A DNA stretch of 64,000 nucleotides from an uncultured Acidobacteriaceae bacterium (GCA_963832755.1 CAWHVM010000003.1:521420-585419), one strand, 5' to 3'. Positions 1-10,395 are shown, counted from the stretch's first letter. Made by a program: numbers and translations. Notes: generated by a model not told the origin, from the sequence alone.

Positions 1-206
1 GATGGCAGGTCGTTGGTGACGCCCTCCATGTGATAGCCGGAGGCCAGTCCTGGATCCATCATCATTATGCTCAAAATATCCCAGTAGCCGTGCCCGGCCG
101 GGCAAGAGATCGTTGACTGAATCTGGCTAAAAGCACGGGGCGCCAACGGCGAACATGCTGCCACGGCCAGCACCGCAAAGACAAAAATATACCTGCGTAT
201 TCTCAT
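1..206 (-). CDS. hypothetical exported protein, N-terminal fragment (gene continues past the left edge)
   Basis: Own translation of the minus strand from ATG at 206-204 gives MRIRRYIFVFAVLAVAACSPLAPRAFSQIQ..., a signal-peptide-like N-terminus. The frame stays open to base 1, so it is absent from the ORF track. Confidence 0.4.
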   Translation of the reverse strand, partial: MRIRRYIFVFAVLAVAACSPLAPRAFSQIQSTISCPAGHGYWDILSIMMMDPGLASGYHMEGVTNDLP

Positions 207-533
207 TACGTAATCTCCTGGCTTGCTTCCTCGCGATGGGCCGGACGTAGCTGGCAGACAAAACAGTCGAGGTGGCAACAACATAAATCGAACGCACGTC
301 AATACGGTAGATTACTTAGGTATGCTCGAGAAGAATACTTAGGGCATTCGACTGACATTGTTGGATCGGTACCGCCCATTTTGGGATCGCGATGGATGAC
401 GCAATCTTCTAAAATTCTGGGATTGCGAGCAAGTTATTCGAAACCACGAGCGATTAGCAATTGTCGCCTCAAGCGACGTTTAGCGAATAATTACGGAGGT
501 AACGGGGGAGCGTCCCGCCGCAGATTCTTGACT

Positions 534-2482
534 TCACTGCGAAGGATCCAATTCCTCCAGTGCCGTGCGGGCTTCTGTTAGATTCGGATCAAGACTCAAA
601 GCTCTCTCATACGAGATCAACGCGTCGGGCACGCGTCCCGCCGTTCGCTGCAGGTTTCCCAGTTGAAGATAGAGCTTGGCGTCCGGATGCTCGGCAGTCG
701 CGCGGGAAAGCGCAGCGATCGCTTCCTCCAAGGAGGGCATCTTCTCTTCTTTGTCGACTCGGGCAAGGCCTTTCAGGGCATCCTGATCGCCGGGATCAAT
801 TGTCAGACATTCGTTGTAAGAGTTTCGCGCGAGAGCAAATTGGCGCAACACCCGGTACACTCCTCCCAGATTGATCAATGCTCTCTTCCTCAAAAACTGG
901 CTGCGCGTTACCTGCAGCGCCGCCTGATATTCCTGAATGGCCTCTTGCAGGTTGCCTTGCGTCTCGCGGCAAAAGCCAAGGTCGATATGTCCGAGAGTGT
1001 CTTGTGGATTAATGCGCACGGCATTCTGGAAATGAAGTCGCGCTTCTGGAGCGCACTTTTGCCCGGTCGCCCGGAATGCCTCCTGCAGCAGCGCCGTCCC
1101 CACAATGTCCTCCGCCACGTAATTGTCTGGAGTCACTTGCAAGGAGTGCGTGAATAATGCCTGGCTGCTTTCCCAGTTTTGCAGCTGCCTGCGAGTCAGA
1201 AAAGATAGTACGAGGAGAACGGTACAAGCTACCGCCGCGCTCCATCGGGGCTCAAATCGGATTTTCTGTAACAGGTCTGCCAGGCCCCACACGGCAGCTA
1301 TGAAGATTCCCACAGAGGGCAGGTAGGCATAGCGATCGGCCATTCCCTGCTCGCCCACCTGGACGATCCCGATCATCGGCACCAGTGTTCCCAAAAACCA
1401 CAACCACCCGAATAACAAATAAGCCCGCGACCGCCGCTCCCGCCACACCAGAATGCCGATAGCAATTAAGAATGCCAGGCACAAGGCCGCCTGCCAGATC
1501 GCCAGCCGCGAGCCTTGTGGCGCGTAGAATACGGAAAGACGCATCGGCCAGACAAGCTTCCACAAATACATCACATAGGAAAAAAGCGCGTTCACCACGC
1601 GGTCCCGCAGCGGAAAAGCCTCCATCGTCTTCATGGCTATGCGGTGCTGCGCGATCACCGTCACAACGCAACTGGCTGCGCTCAGCGCAAACAGCGGCAG
1701 CTTTTCTCTGAACAATCGATACGGCGGAAACTCAGGCAAAGACGGCGTCTCCGAAGGCGATTGCCAATCGTTGTTCCGTTGCAGCTTAATCCGTTGCAGC
1801 GGCCAGTAATCCATCAACAGCAGAATGAACGGAAACGTGACTGCCATCGGTTTGGCCGCAAGCGCCAGCGCAAACAGCGCGTCCACGCACAAGTGCCGGC
1901 CGATGCCAGGTTTTCGCGCGTACCAGAGATAGGCCCAGAGTGCGAGCAGCAGGAACAACATGCACAACACGGTTTTCGTTCAGCGACCCAGGCGACGCTT
2001 TCAACGTTGACCGGATGCAACCCAAACAGCATGGCCACCATCAGGCTGCGCCCGATCTTGCCCGTCATGCGCGACAGCAGCAGAAACAAGATCACCGCCT
2101 CCATGGCGTGCAGCAACAAGCTGGTAAAGTGGTGCCCGCCAGCATCGAGGCCGAAAAGTTCACAATCGAGAGCGTGCGACATCCAGGTTAGCGGATGCCA
2201 ATTCGAGAACTGCACGGAAGTCAGCGCCCAGCGTAGAGTCCCAAGCGTAAGCCCTTGCTGTACCTGCTGGTTCTGGCTGACGTAGTCCACGTCGTCATAA
2301 ATAACGAAGGGATGTCGCAATGCCGGAAAATACACGGCAAGAACCGCAACCGCCAGCAGCAGGCAGAGCGCCCATGTACGCCACTGCTCCCCTTGTGGCG
2401 AGCGCGGTGCGGCGTCGCTGGTCTTGCGGCGCACTGGCCGTGACCCAGCCGTCGCCCTGCGTGAGATTGTTTTCTTAGGCAT
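534..2482 (-). pseudogene. TMTC/PMT-like polytopic membrane glycosyltransferase with C-terminal TPR repeats, interrupted by a 1-nt frameshift near 1966-1981
   Basis: ORF 1814..2482 ends ...GLHPVNVESVAWVAERK in good sequence. ORF 534..1970 begins VLCMLFLLLALWAYLWYARKP, followed by TM segments and a TPR-like C-terminus. The two are consecutive parts of one protein in different frames. Confidence 0.7.
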
Positions 2483-2661
2483 CGCGCCAGCGAGGAATCA
2501 TCACAAATCAGGCCCTCAATTCAGGCCCCAAACTCTAATCCAATGTAACGGAAATCCGTCGGCAAGGTCAGCAACCCCCGGGACAAACTGGATTCCTGTT
2601 CAGCGGAAAACTCTAATCCGAAGCGAGCTGAGAGTGCGCTAACTGAATTGCGTCCACTGCA

Positions 2662-3612
2662 TTAGAACTTTGCCGCGGCAGACCTACGGGACTGAGGTAT
2701 ATCTTCCGGCGGGCAGCTGAGCACATTTTTGATCTGCTGGCGCAGCCAGCGATTGGCAGGATCATTCTCCACGCTTTCATGCCAGTACATATGGGCCTCG
2801 AGTGGATTGGTCTTCAAGGGAAATGGATAGATTCGGTTGCCCAGTCCGGCGTTGAGCATCAGCGCATGCCCCCGTGAAAGTGTCAGAAGAAAATCGGTTT
2901 CGCTGACCACGCGGCAGGCGGAAAAGTTATGTTGGCAGCGCAGAATGATCTTCCTGCGAAAGCCTAACCGGCTGAGTTCTACATCGATGAGACTGGGACC
3001 ATAGCGGCGCGAAGAGACCAATACGTGGGGCTGCGCCAGATAGGTGTCGAGACTGAGGGTGCGGGAGATTCCGGGATGGCCGGTGCGGGCCATCACCATG
3101 AACGGCTCACGGAGCACACGTTTCTGATGAATGGGTTCACTGGTGGTTATCGGGATGTCGATGGCCAGATCGAGGGAGCCGCTGGCCAGCTCGGCTTCCA
3201 GGTCCCGGCGTTTGACGCGGGAGGTAGTGATCGACATCTCCGGCGCCTCGCGTTCCAGGCGTTGCAGCAGGGTGGGAAGGGCCAGGGACTCGATGTATTC
3301 CCAGACCGAGATGTGGAAGTTGCGGCGAGTATGCCGGGGATCGAATTTGTGGCTTTCGCTGAGGTTCACCTCCAGTATCTGCAGCGCCTGGCGTACCTGG
3401 TCGATGATGTTGCGGGTGAAGGGCGTGGGTACCATGTGGGCCCCGCGGCGTATGAACAAGGGGTCTTTCAAGAGATCGCGCAGGCGCTTCAAGGCGTGGC
3501 TGATGGCAGGCTGAGTGAGGTTCAACTGGTGGCCGGCGCGGGTAATGTTTCCCTCGCGATAGATGGCCTCCAGCACGACAAAGAGGTTCAGGTCAACCTG
3601 GCTTAAATGCAC
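2662..3612 (-). CDS. LysR-family transcriptional regulator
   Basis: N-terminal [48 protein letters not shown]. Length 316 aa. Divergent from the acyl-CoA dehydrogenase gene. Confidence 0.9.
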   Translation of the reverse strand: MHLSQVDLNLFVVLEAIYREGNITRAGHQLNLTQPAISHALKRLRDLLKDPLFIRRGAHMVPTPFTRNIIDQVRQALQILEVNLSESHKFDPRHTRRNFHISVWEYIESLALPTLLQRLEREAPEMSITTSRVKRRDLEAELASGSLDLAIDIPITTSEPIHQKRVLREPFMVMARTGHPGISRTLSLDTYLAQPHVLVSSRRYGPSLIDVELSRLGFRRKIILRCQHNFSACRVVSETDFLLTLSRGHALMLNAGLGNRIYPFPLKTNPLEAHMYWHESVENDPANRWLRQQIKNVLSCPPEDIPQSRRSAAAKF

Positions 3613-3638
3613 GAAACATATATTACTTGATTCGTATG

Positions 3639-3653
3639 ATTCATTTGATGAAT
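3639..3653. promoter_or_regulatory. candidate LysR box (T-N11-A inverted repeat ATTCATTTGATGAAT) in the LysR/ACAD divergent region
   Basis: Inverted repeat with perfect 6-nt arms (6-3-6), 26 nt from the LysR start and 51 nt from the ACAD start. The identical 15-mer (reverse complement) recurs at 9488-9502. Confidence 0.5.
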
Positions 3654-3703
3654 TGAGGGGAAATGGTTACGCTGGGTTCCCTGTGCAGAGCACAGCGGCC
3701 ACG

Positions 3704-4936
3704 ATGGATTTTACGACTTCATCCCGCGCACAGAATTATCTGCAACGGCTTGGGGCTTTCATGCAGGAACACGTGTTGCCCGGGGAAGCCAAATACTGCG
3801 GCGAAATACGGAATGTTTCCGACTGGCGCACTTGGAAACAGCCCGCGATCATGGAAGAACTCAAAGCCAAAGCCAGGGCTGCGGGGCTGTGGAATCTGTT
3901 TCTTCCCGAAAAAGAGTACGGCGCGGGGCTGACGAATGTGGAATATGCCCCGTTAGCCGAAATGATGGGGCGGTGTTCCATTTCGCCTGAGGTTTTCAAC
4001 TGCAACGCTCCCGACACAGGGAATATGGAGGTGCTGGCCAAATACGGCTCTCCCGAGCAGAAACAGCGCTGGCTGAAAGCGCTCCTGGCGGGCGAGATTC
4101 GTTCCGCCTTCTGCATGAGCGAGCCGGACGTAGCATCTTCGGACGCGACCAACATGCAGGCCACGGCCGTCATCGAAGGCGACAAGGTGGTGCTGAACGG
4201 ACGGAAGTGGTGGAGTTCCGGCGTGGGGCATCCTCATTGCCGGCTGCTGATCTTCATGGGCCTGACGGACAGCGGGGCGCCGAAGTATCAACGGCACTCG
4301 ATGGTCTTGGTCCCGCTGGATACGCCGGGAGTGAATATCTTGCGCATGGTGCCGGTTTTTGGCGGTTATGACGCTCCGTTCGGCCATGGAGAGGTGAGCT
4401 TCATCAATGTGCGTGTGCCGGTGGAGAACATCATCGCCGGGCCGGGACGTGGGTTTGAGATTGCGCAGGGCCGGCTGGGGCCGGGGCGAATTCATCACTG
4501 CATGCGAACCCTGGGGGCGGCGGAACGTGCGCTGGAACTGCTTTGCCGGCGCTCGCTAGCGCGAGTCGCATTCGGCAAGCCTTTGGCGGAGTTGGGAGGA
4601 AATGCGGATTTGATCGCCAATGCGCGCATCATGATCGAGCAGGCGCGCCTGCTGACTCTGAAAGCGGCTTGGATGATCGATCAACACGGCGCCAAGGGGG
4701 CGAAAAGCGAGATCTCGCAAATCAAGGTGGTCGTGCCCAATATAGCCCTGGCGATTATCGATCAGGCGATCCAAATGCACGGAGGAGCCGGCGTATCAGA
4801 GGATTTTCCGCTGGCAGAGATGTTCGCTTCGATACGGACGTTGCGCATTGCCGATGGCCCCGACGAAGTGCATCGGGCGCTGATCGCCAAGCTGGAATTG
4901 AATAAATATAAGGCGAAGAATCTCCAAGCATCCTGA
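3704..4936 (+). CDS. acyl-CoA dehydrogenase, FadE2 / ACAD10-ACAD11 C-terminal-domain type
   Basis: Start trimmed to ATG 3704 ([23 protein letters not shown]). Motifs [47 protein letters not shown] and [11 protein letters not shown] are typical of this ACAD subfamily. Confidence 0.88.
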   Translation: MDFTTSSRAQNYLQRLGAFMQEHVLPGEAKYCGEIRNVSDWRTWKQPAIMEELKAKARAAGLWNLFLPEKEYGAGLTNVEYAPLAEMMGRCSISPEVFNCNAPDTGNMEVLAKYGSPEQKQRWLKALLAGEIRSAFCMSEPDVASSDATNMQATAVIEGDKVVLNGRKWWSSGVGHPHCRLLIFMGLTDSGAPKYQRHSMVLVPLDTPGVNILRMVPVFGGYDAPFGHGEVSFINVRVPVENIIAGPGRGFEIAQGRLGPGRIHHCMRTLGAAERALELLCRRSLARVAFGKPLAELGGNADLIANARIMIEQARLLTLKAAWMIDQHGAKGAKSEISQIKVVVPNIALAIIDQAIQMHGGAGVSEDFPLAEMFASIRTLRIADGPDEVHRALIAKLELNKYKAKNLQAS

Positions 4937-4950
4937 ATCCGCTGCAGCGA

Positions 4951-5787
4951 TCACCTGCCCTTAAAGGCTGGGGAGCGCTTCTCCAGGAAGTGGGCAACGC
5001 CTTCCTTGAAATCCTCGCTGTGCAAACTTGCCACCATTTCCTCCACGGCAAGATCGAACGACTCAGCCAAAGTTTGGAACATGGCCCCGTAGACCTGGCG
5101 CTTGATCACTCGCAAGGAGCGCGGACTTACCCGCGATGCAAGATCGGCGGCATACTCGTGGATCTTGTCGAGAAAGGTCTCCGGAGCGAAGACCTGATTC
5201 ACCAGCCCCATGCGCAAGGCTTCAGCGGCGTTGATTTGGCGGGCGGAAAATAGCAGGTCGAGAGCGTTGGGAAGTCCGACGATCCGCGGGAGCATCCAGG
5301 CCATGCCGTATTCGGCGATCAGCCCGCGCTGGGCGAACGTGGTCGAGAAGCGGGCAGCTTCGGAGGCCAGGCGCAGATCGCAATAGAGCGCGATCACCAG
5401 ACCAAGGCCCACCACCGGACCGTTGATGGCGGCGAGAACCGGTTTTTCAACGCCCAGGAGATAAGAATATTTCTTCTGGAAATCGGGCAAGACACCCTGG
5501 CGTTGAGGGGAACTGCCGCCTAATCGAGAGGCGGCCTCCCGCTCACTGCCCGGCAAACCCTGGGCGGCGACGGAGGAGAGCAGAAACATGTCGGCGCCGG
5601 CGCAGAAGCCGCGTCCCGCGCCGGTCAGCACGATAACGCGGACGCCATCGTCGCGTCCGCCTTCCTCCAAGCTGGCGCGAACTTCCTTTTCCATGGTGGC
5701 GGTCCAGGCATTGAGCTTGTCCGGACGGTTCAACGTAATCGTCGCGACTCGATCCGCGACTGCGTAGATCGTTTCCTGCGTGGGCAT
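4951..5787 (-). CDS. enoyl-CoA hydratase/isomerase (crotonase) family protein
   Basis: Start trimmed to MPTQETIYAVADRVATITLNRPDKLNAW. Also carries VLTGAGRGFCAGADM. Lies 16 nt downstream of the TBDR gene on the same strand. Confidence 0.9.
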   Translation of the reverse strand: MPTQETIYAVADRVATITLNRPDKLNAWTATMEKEVRASLEEGGRDDGVRVIVLTGAGRGFCAGADMFLLSSVAAQGLPGSEREAASRLGGSSPQRQGVLPDFQKKYSYLLGVEKPVLAAINGPVVGLGLVIALYCDLRLASEAARFSTTFAQRGLIAEYGMAWMLPRIVGLPNALDLLFSARQINAAEALRMGLVNQVFAPETFLDKIHEYAADLASRVSPRSLRVIKRQVYGAMFQTLAESFDLAVEEMVASLHSEDFKEGVAHFLEKRSPAFKGR

Positions 5788-5803
5788 CTTATTTACCGCC
5801 GCC

Positions 5804-8800
5804 TCAGAACGAGAGGCGCACCCCGAGTTGGATCTGGCGTTTCGGAAATGCGGAAGTGAAAGCCAGAGGTGTGCTGGGCGTACCCGTCCCGCCACCTGCA
5901 TTGGACGGTCGAATCCCATGGACGTTAAACGTCGTTTCACCCGTCCCGCCAATGGACGTGGGAAGAGCGAAAAGAGGGCCCACTTCGTCGTTTACGCTGG
6001 CAAAATTTGTCCGGTTTGCGATGTTGAATCCTTCCGCCGTGAACTGCAGGTCCGCCTTCTCGCCTAATTTATGTCCCCAAGTCAGGCGCATGTCGAAGTC
6101 GACGTAGTTGGGGCCAAGACCGGTGTCGCGCGGGGCTCCGATGGGACGTTCGTTGGTGGTGTGATTGTCGCCGTTAACCTCGCCTCCGGCCAGCAGGTTG
6201 AAAGGGTGTCCGCTGTGGTAAGAGAAAATGGGAGACAGCTGAAATCCTGATAGCACGCTCCCTTTCCAGGGACTGTCGAGCACTCCGGCAATCACCACTT
6301 TGTGCCGCTCATCAAACTCGGAAAGAGCACGATCCAAGTTAAGATTCGTGGGATCCTGCGGCCCGTAGTCGGAGTTGTAATCCGTGGATGTGTCAATGCC
6401 TTTACTCCAGGTGTAATTCCCGAACAGCGTGAAGTGATCGCTGAAGCGCTTCTTGACTTCCACGATGCCGCCCTCGTAAAGAGCATACGACTGGGAGCTG
6501 TATTGGTTGTTCTGGATAACCAGCGGATTCACAGAGCATTGTTGGGTATTGCAGGGCAAGCCCTCAGGGCTACCCGGTATTGGGTCGGCCCCAACGGCCG
6601 ACGTATTCCAGTTGCGATAGGAAACCGTCTGACCGTTGGCCAGGGTTACCGAGGTAAACGGCGCCGGCAGCAGATTGGTATCGATGGCGACCGGCAGGTG
6701 CTGGGTGTGCGTATAGATACCGCTCAGAGAAATCGAGAGCCCGGGTCCGAGCTGGCGCTCAATTCCAAAGGAAGCCTGCTGGGCGATGGGGGGGCGATAA
6801 TTCGGCTGATTGACGAAAAACGCCTGCAATGGAGCGACCGGACCGCTGTTCGTAACATTGATGCCGAACTGGGCCACAGCAGCCGGCGTGATGCAGGCCT
6901 CATTCCCCGCGGTCGGGGTCGTGCAAGCGATCAAGTTGTTCGGCGCCCCCCCCGCGAAGAGTGTCGGGAAAATAACCTCTGGTCCTTGTATGCCCAACGC
7001 CGGAACCCCACCGAGCGGGTCAGCATAGATAGAAATTTCCCGGTTGCAAGGGCTAGCGCCGGGCATACCGTTGTAAGGGGGGATGAAGGTGCCGAATTGG
7101 GCGATGCCGCAGATGGCGCCGAGATTTGCGACTTGGCCCGCTCCTGCGGTGTTCTCGACCGCAGATTTATTCTTATTTACAACCCCCAGACTCAAGTCGA
7201 CGTCGGGGATCTGTACGTCCACCGGTCCGTAAAAGATTCCGTACCCACCCCGGACCACGGTCTTGTGATCCTTGAACGGATCCCACGCGAAGGAAACCCT
7301 GGGTCCAAAATCCTTCTTATACGTGGTCAACGGGAGGAATTGCGTGTCCAAGTCGTAGCGCAGGCCGTAGTTCAAAGTGAAGTTTGGCGCTATCTGCCAG
7401 GAGTCCTGCTCGTAGAACGAGGTCAGCGGCCGCGTGTAATACGGGTAGGTCGGATCTCCGAAACCCTGCTGGTAAAGCTGGGGCACTCCAAACGATGCCG
7501 CTTGCAACGGGTTGATGGTGGTGGCAGCCAGCGGCGTGCCCGCTCCAGTGATCAAGAATCCGGGAAGCGACCCGAACACAAAACGACCGGGGAAATAGGT
7601 GTGGGATTCCGTGTGATTGCCGCGCAACAACTCGTAAGCGCCGAACTTAAAAGTGTGATTGCCCTGAATCTTGGTGAAATTGTCGGCGAATTCGTAGCGC
7701 CGCAGGATGCTAAGGTTGGGTATGAAGACGCTCGTTCCCAAGTTATTGATAAAGCTCGGAATCTGAATCCCCACCTCTGCCGGCACGTTGGGAATCACGT
7801 TAAAGCTGAAGTAGTCCAACTGCACCCGGGCTTCGTTCTGCGTGCTCGGACTGAGCTGGCGATACCAGGTGGCTTGCATGGTATTGTCGTAGTCGTGGGT
7901 CGAACTTCCCGCCGAAAAAGCCGTGAGAGACTGCACATCCGGCGATTCCTCCAAATCGTGCCCATACCGGTAGGTCAGGGAAAGCTCGTTGTTCGCATTA
8001 AGGCGGTGATCCAAGCGGCCCGACGCCAGGTATTCTCGCGAGTTGTAGGGAAACAGTCCTCCCTCGGTCTCAAACTGGTTTAGAAGGAAGCCATTCAGCG
8101 CGGCCTGAGTCGGCGACATGAAGAACTGCTGGTTCGCGTTGGGATTTGGGTTCAGCGTCAAAATGGTCTGGAGAGCGAAGGCGCATTCCGCCGGCGGCAG
8201 GGTCACGCCCGTGAAGCAGGTCACGCTCGGAGCCGACGAGGTCGCCAGCCCGGCAATAATGTTGTTCTGCGCCGTCGTCGGACGAAAAATATTCGTGTCA
8301 ATCAATAGAGGAACTGCATTTTGCGCATTCTGTCGCAAGCCTTCAAACGCAACAAACAGAAATGTCTTATCCTTCTTAATCGGGAAACCCAGGGTCCCGC
8401 CGAATTGCTGGCGCGTCAAAGTATCCTTAACCGGCGTACCGAGAGAGTCGGTATTGGCAGGATTGAAGGTCTGGCCGGCCTGCAATGCCTGGGTGAACGA
8501 AAACGGATTTTGGGCGTCCATGGCGTCATTACGGAAAAAACCATAGAGGCCGCCGTGAACATGGTTGGTGCCCGATTTAGTCACGATATTGATGGAAGCA
8601 CCGGTGGCGCCCCCAAGGTCCGCGCCGTAGTTGCTGCGATTGATCTGAAACTCCTGCACCGCGTCCTGGCTAACGGTCAGGCGCTCGCCGCCGCTATCGC
8701 CTGAGGTTTCGCCGCCGTCTATCGTGATGCTGTTTCCTCTACCATTGCTGCCGTAGAAGGAGAGACCGCTGGTGGGCGTTTGTTTGACGCGATAATCCTG

Positions 8801-9313
8801 GTCATCCGTCAGGCGAGTGGAATCGGAGACACCGGGCGCGAGCAACGTAAAGGTAAGGTAATCGCGCCGGTCAATGGGAAGATCGGTGATGTACTGCAGG
8901 TTGACCGCGTCGGCCTGGCTTCCTCGTTCGGTTTCCACCACCGGCGGTTGATCTGTAACCTCGACCACCGTGGCGACCTGCGACGGTTTCAGCTTGAAAT
9001 CGGAGACGACAGTTTGTCCCACGGCAACCGTGACGGCTTTTCGAATCTCGGTGGCAAAACCAGCCAGTTCTGCGCTGACGTCGTAAGTGGCGGGCGGCAA
9101 CCCCGCGAAGCGGAACTGGCCGGCGCCATTGGTGGCTCCCGCGCGCTTCAGACCGGTTTGGGTCTCGATCACATTGACGACAACCTTGGGCAACACTGCG
9201 CCGGAAGAGTCCGTTACTGTGCCGGTGATCTCTCCCGATGAGCCGACGCCCTGCGCGTAAGCGATAGAGGTTGCGCACAAAAGGCACACAAGAACGCATG
9301 CGATGTTCTTCAT
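5804..9313 (-). CDS. TonB-dependent outer-membrane receptor with carboxypeptidase-regulatory-like N-terminal domain
   Basis: Start trimmed to MKNIACVLVCLLCATSIAYAQG (signal peptide). Followed by ITGTVTDSSGAVLPKVVVNV...AGQFRFAGLPPATYDV and a long beta-barrel body with C-terminal ...QLGVRLSF. Confidence 0.9.
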   Translation of the reverse strand: MKNIACVLVCLLCATSIAYAQGVGSSGEITGTVTDSSGAVLPKVVVNVIETQTGLKRAGATNGAGQFRFAGLPPATYDVSAELAGFATEIRKAVTVAVGQTVVSDFKLKPSQVATVVEVTDQPPVVETERGSQADAVNLQYITDLPIDRRDYLTFTLLAPGVSDSTRLTDDQDYRVKQTPTSGLSFYGSNGRGNSITIDGGETSGDSGGERLTVSQDAVQEFQINRSNYGADLGGATGASINIVTKSGTNHVHGGLYGFFRNDAMDAQNPFSFTQALQAGQTFNPANTDSLGTPVKDTLTRQQFGGTLGFPIKKDKTFLFVAFEGLRQNAQNAVPLLIDTNIFRPTTAQNNIIAGLATSSAPSVTCFTGVTLPPAECAFALQTILTLNPNPNANQQFFMSPTQAALNGFLLNQFETEGGLFPYNSREYLASGRLDHRLNANNELSLTYRYGHDLEESPDVQSLTAFSAGSSTHDYDNTMQATWYRQLSPSTQNEARVQLDYFSFNVIPNVPAEVGIQIPSFINNLGTSVFIPNLSILRRYEFADNFTKIQGNHTFKFGAYELLRGNHTESHTYFPGRFVFGSLPGFLITGAGTPLAATTINPLQAASFGVPQLYQQGFGDPTYPYYTRPLTSFYEQDSWQIAPNFTLNYGLRYDLDTQFLPLTTYKKDFGPRVSFAWDPFKDHKTVVRGGYGIFYGPVDVQIPDVDLSLGVVNKNKSAVENTAGAGQVANLGAICGIAQFGTFIPPYNGMPGASPCNREISIYADPLGGVPALGIQGPEVIFPTLFAGGAPNNLIACTTPTAGNEACITPAAVAQFGINVTNSGPVAPLQAFFVNQPNYRPPIAQQASFGIERQLGPGLSISLSGIYTHTQHLPVAIDTNLLPAPFTSVTLANGQTVSYRNWNTSAVGADPIPGSPEGLPCNTQQCSVNPLVIQNNQYSSQSYALYEGGIVEVKKRFSDHFTLFGNYTWSKGIDTSTDYNSDYGPQDPTNLNLDRALSEFDERHKVVIAGVLDSPWKGSVLSGFQLSPIFSYHSGHPFNLLAGGEVNGDNHTTNERPIGAPRDTGLGPNYVDFDMRLTWGHKLGEKADLQFTAEGFNIANRTNFASVNDEVGPLFALPTSIGGTGETTFNVHGIRPSNAGGGTGTPSTPLAFTSAFPKRQIQLGVRLSF

Positions 9314-9487
9314 AGTGGCCAGCCGCTTTCTTCCAATCTGCAGAGTTGCCAGGTCGGAACAGTTTTTGACAGTGACTTCCCCAGCTCTTCGGATCAGATG
9401 GAATGAGAGCGTACGATTCCCAGCGCTTCTTGCCGTTCCGGAGCGCCCAATCTTCACAATGCGCGCGAGCGTATCTGCATTTGCGAA

Positions 9488-9502
9488 ATTCATCAAATGA
9501 AT
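9488..9502. promoter_or_regulatory. second copy of the LysR-box 15-mer (ATTCATCAAATGAAT) upstream of the TBDR-crotonase unit
   Basis: Exact reverse complement of 3639-3653. Lies 175 nt upstream of the TBDR start codon (9313). Confidence 0.45.
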
Positions 9503-9568
9503 TGTTTTGATGATGAAGTATGCTTGCGGGGAATGTCGGCTTCCGCGCGTGCTCCCAGAGAGAATGGC

Positions 9569-10395
9569 TCATAACCTTGATGTTTCGGGGACCACTTCTT
9601 CGCCAGTCGATGAGGAAAGGAATGCGAGTATCTCGTTGTGTGCCGCTTGAGTCTGGTCGGTGAGAAACAGATGGCCCGCGCGTTCGAACAACACGAGTTC
9701 TGCGCCGGGAATGCGTGCCGCGATCATTTCCCCGTTGCCCGGTGGGACTAGCCGGTCGGTCTTCCCATGCATCACAAGGGTTGGAGCCGTGATCCGGGAC
9801 AAGCGGCTGAAGGACTCCCACGCGAGAATCGCCTGCAGTTGCGCGAGATAACCTGCCGGGGTGGTCGGCCGGGGGCGACGTTGGGCGATGTCTTCGTCGA
9901 TCATGCGCCTCGGGGTCGCGGCATCATAGATAAAGGGGATGGCGGCTTCGACTGCTTGTTCCCAGCTCATCTGGCTGGTGGCTTTCAGCATCTCGAGGGC
10001 AGCGGGTTCGGCACGCTGGGCGTTCGGCCCGCCGGCTGCGGTGCAGCCGAGAATGAGAGACTGCACGCGGGAGGGATACTGCACGCGAATTCCTGGGCGA
10101 TCATGCCGCCCATCGATACGCCAAAGACGTGGGCGGTAGGAACTCCGGCGGCGTCGAGCACGGCCGCAGCATCGGAAGCCATGCCGGCGATCGAGTAAGG
10201 ACCCGAAGGCACATCGCTCCGTCCGACGCCTCGATTGTCGAATGCGATGGAGCGGTAGGAAGGCGACAGCACGGGCCGAGTGCGATGCCACATGCTGGAT
10301 GGGTAGCCCAGGCCCATGATCAGCAAGACAGGCGCGCCCGTTCCCTGCTCATCCCAATAGATTCTGGTTCCCTGGTTATCCGCAAATGGCATCAA
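9569..10395 (-). pseudogene. alpha/beta-fold hydrolase interrupted by a 1-nt deletion near 10082-10084
   Basis: ORF 9985..10395 reads MMPFADNQGTRIYWDEQGTGAPVLLIMGLG...GVSMGGMIAQEFA and then degenerates. ORF 9569..10291 resumes in another frame with QYPSRVQSLILGCTAAGG...VMHGKTDRLVP...AGHLFLTD. Confidence 0.7.

Noticed and set aside
314-350. TACTTAGG repeated twice 29 nt apart in the first intergenic region
   Set aside because: It is only an 8-mer, with marginal statistical support and no second occurrence elsewhere. I noted it but judged it too weak to call a site.
381-581. 66-aa plus-strand ORF in the first intergenic region
   Set aside because: There is no RBS or family signal. It overlaps the 3-prime end of the TPR gene on the other strand and is probably non-coding promoter or terminator space.
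3563-3703. 5-prime extensions of track ORFs (ACAD 3563-3703; MaoC 12975-13283; cupin-2 61885-62508; and similar upstream extensions of many minus-strand genes)
   Set aside because: The extensions overlap neighbouring genes or regulatory DNA, have odd composition, and lie upstream of Met codons with better RBSs and family-consistent N-termini. I trimmed the starts accordingly.
6302-8083. 593-aa plus-strand ORF (and the smaller ORFs 5856-6107 and 8118-9241) opposite the first TBDR gene
   Set aside because: The sequence is Arg/Gly/Val-rich and low-complexity with no recognisable motifs. It lies entirely antisense to a 1169-aa ORF with clear TBDR features. This is a typical shadow ORF of a high-GC gene.
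9303-9325. GCCACT string at the first TBDR start, reminiscent of the cobalamin-riboswitch core
   Set aside because: It overlaps the start codon itself. No other B12-box or riboswitch elements are visible in the 250-nt leader, so this is a coincidental hexamer.
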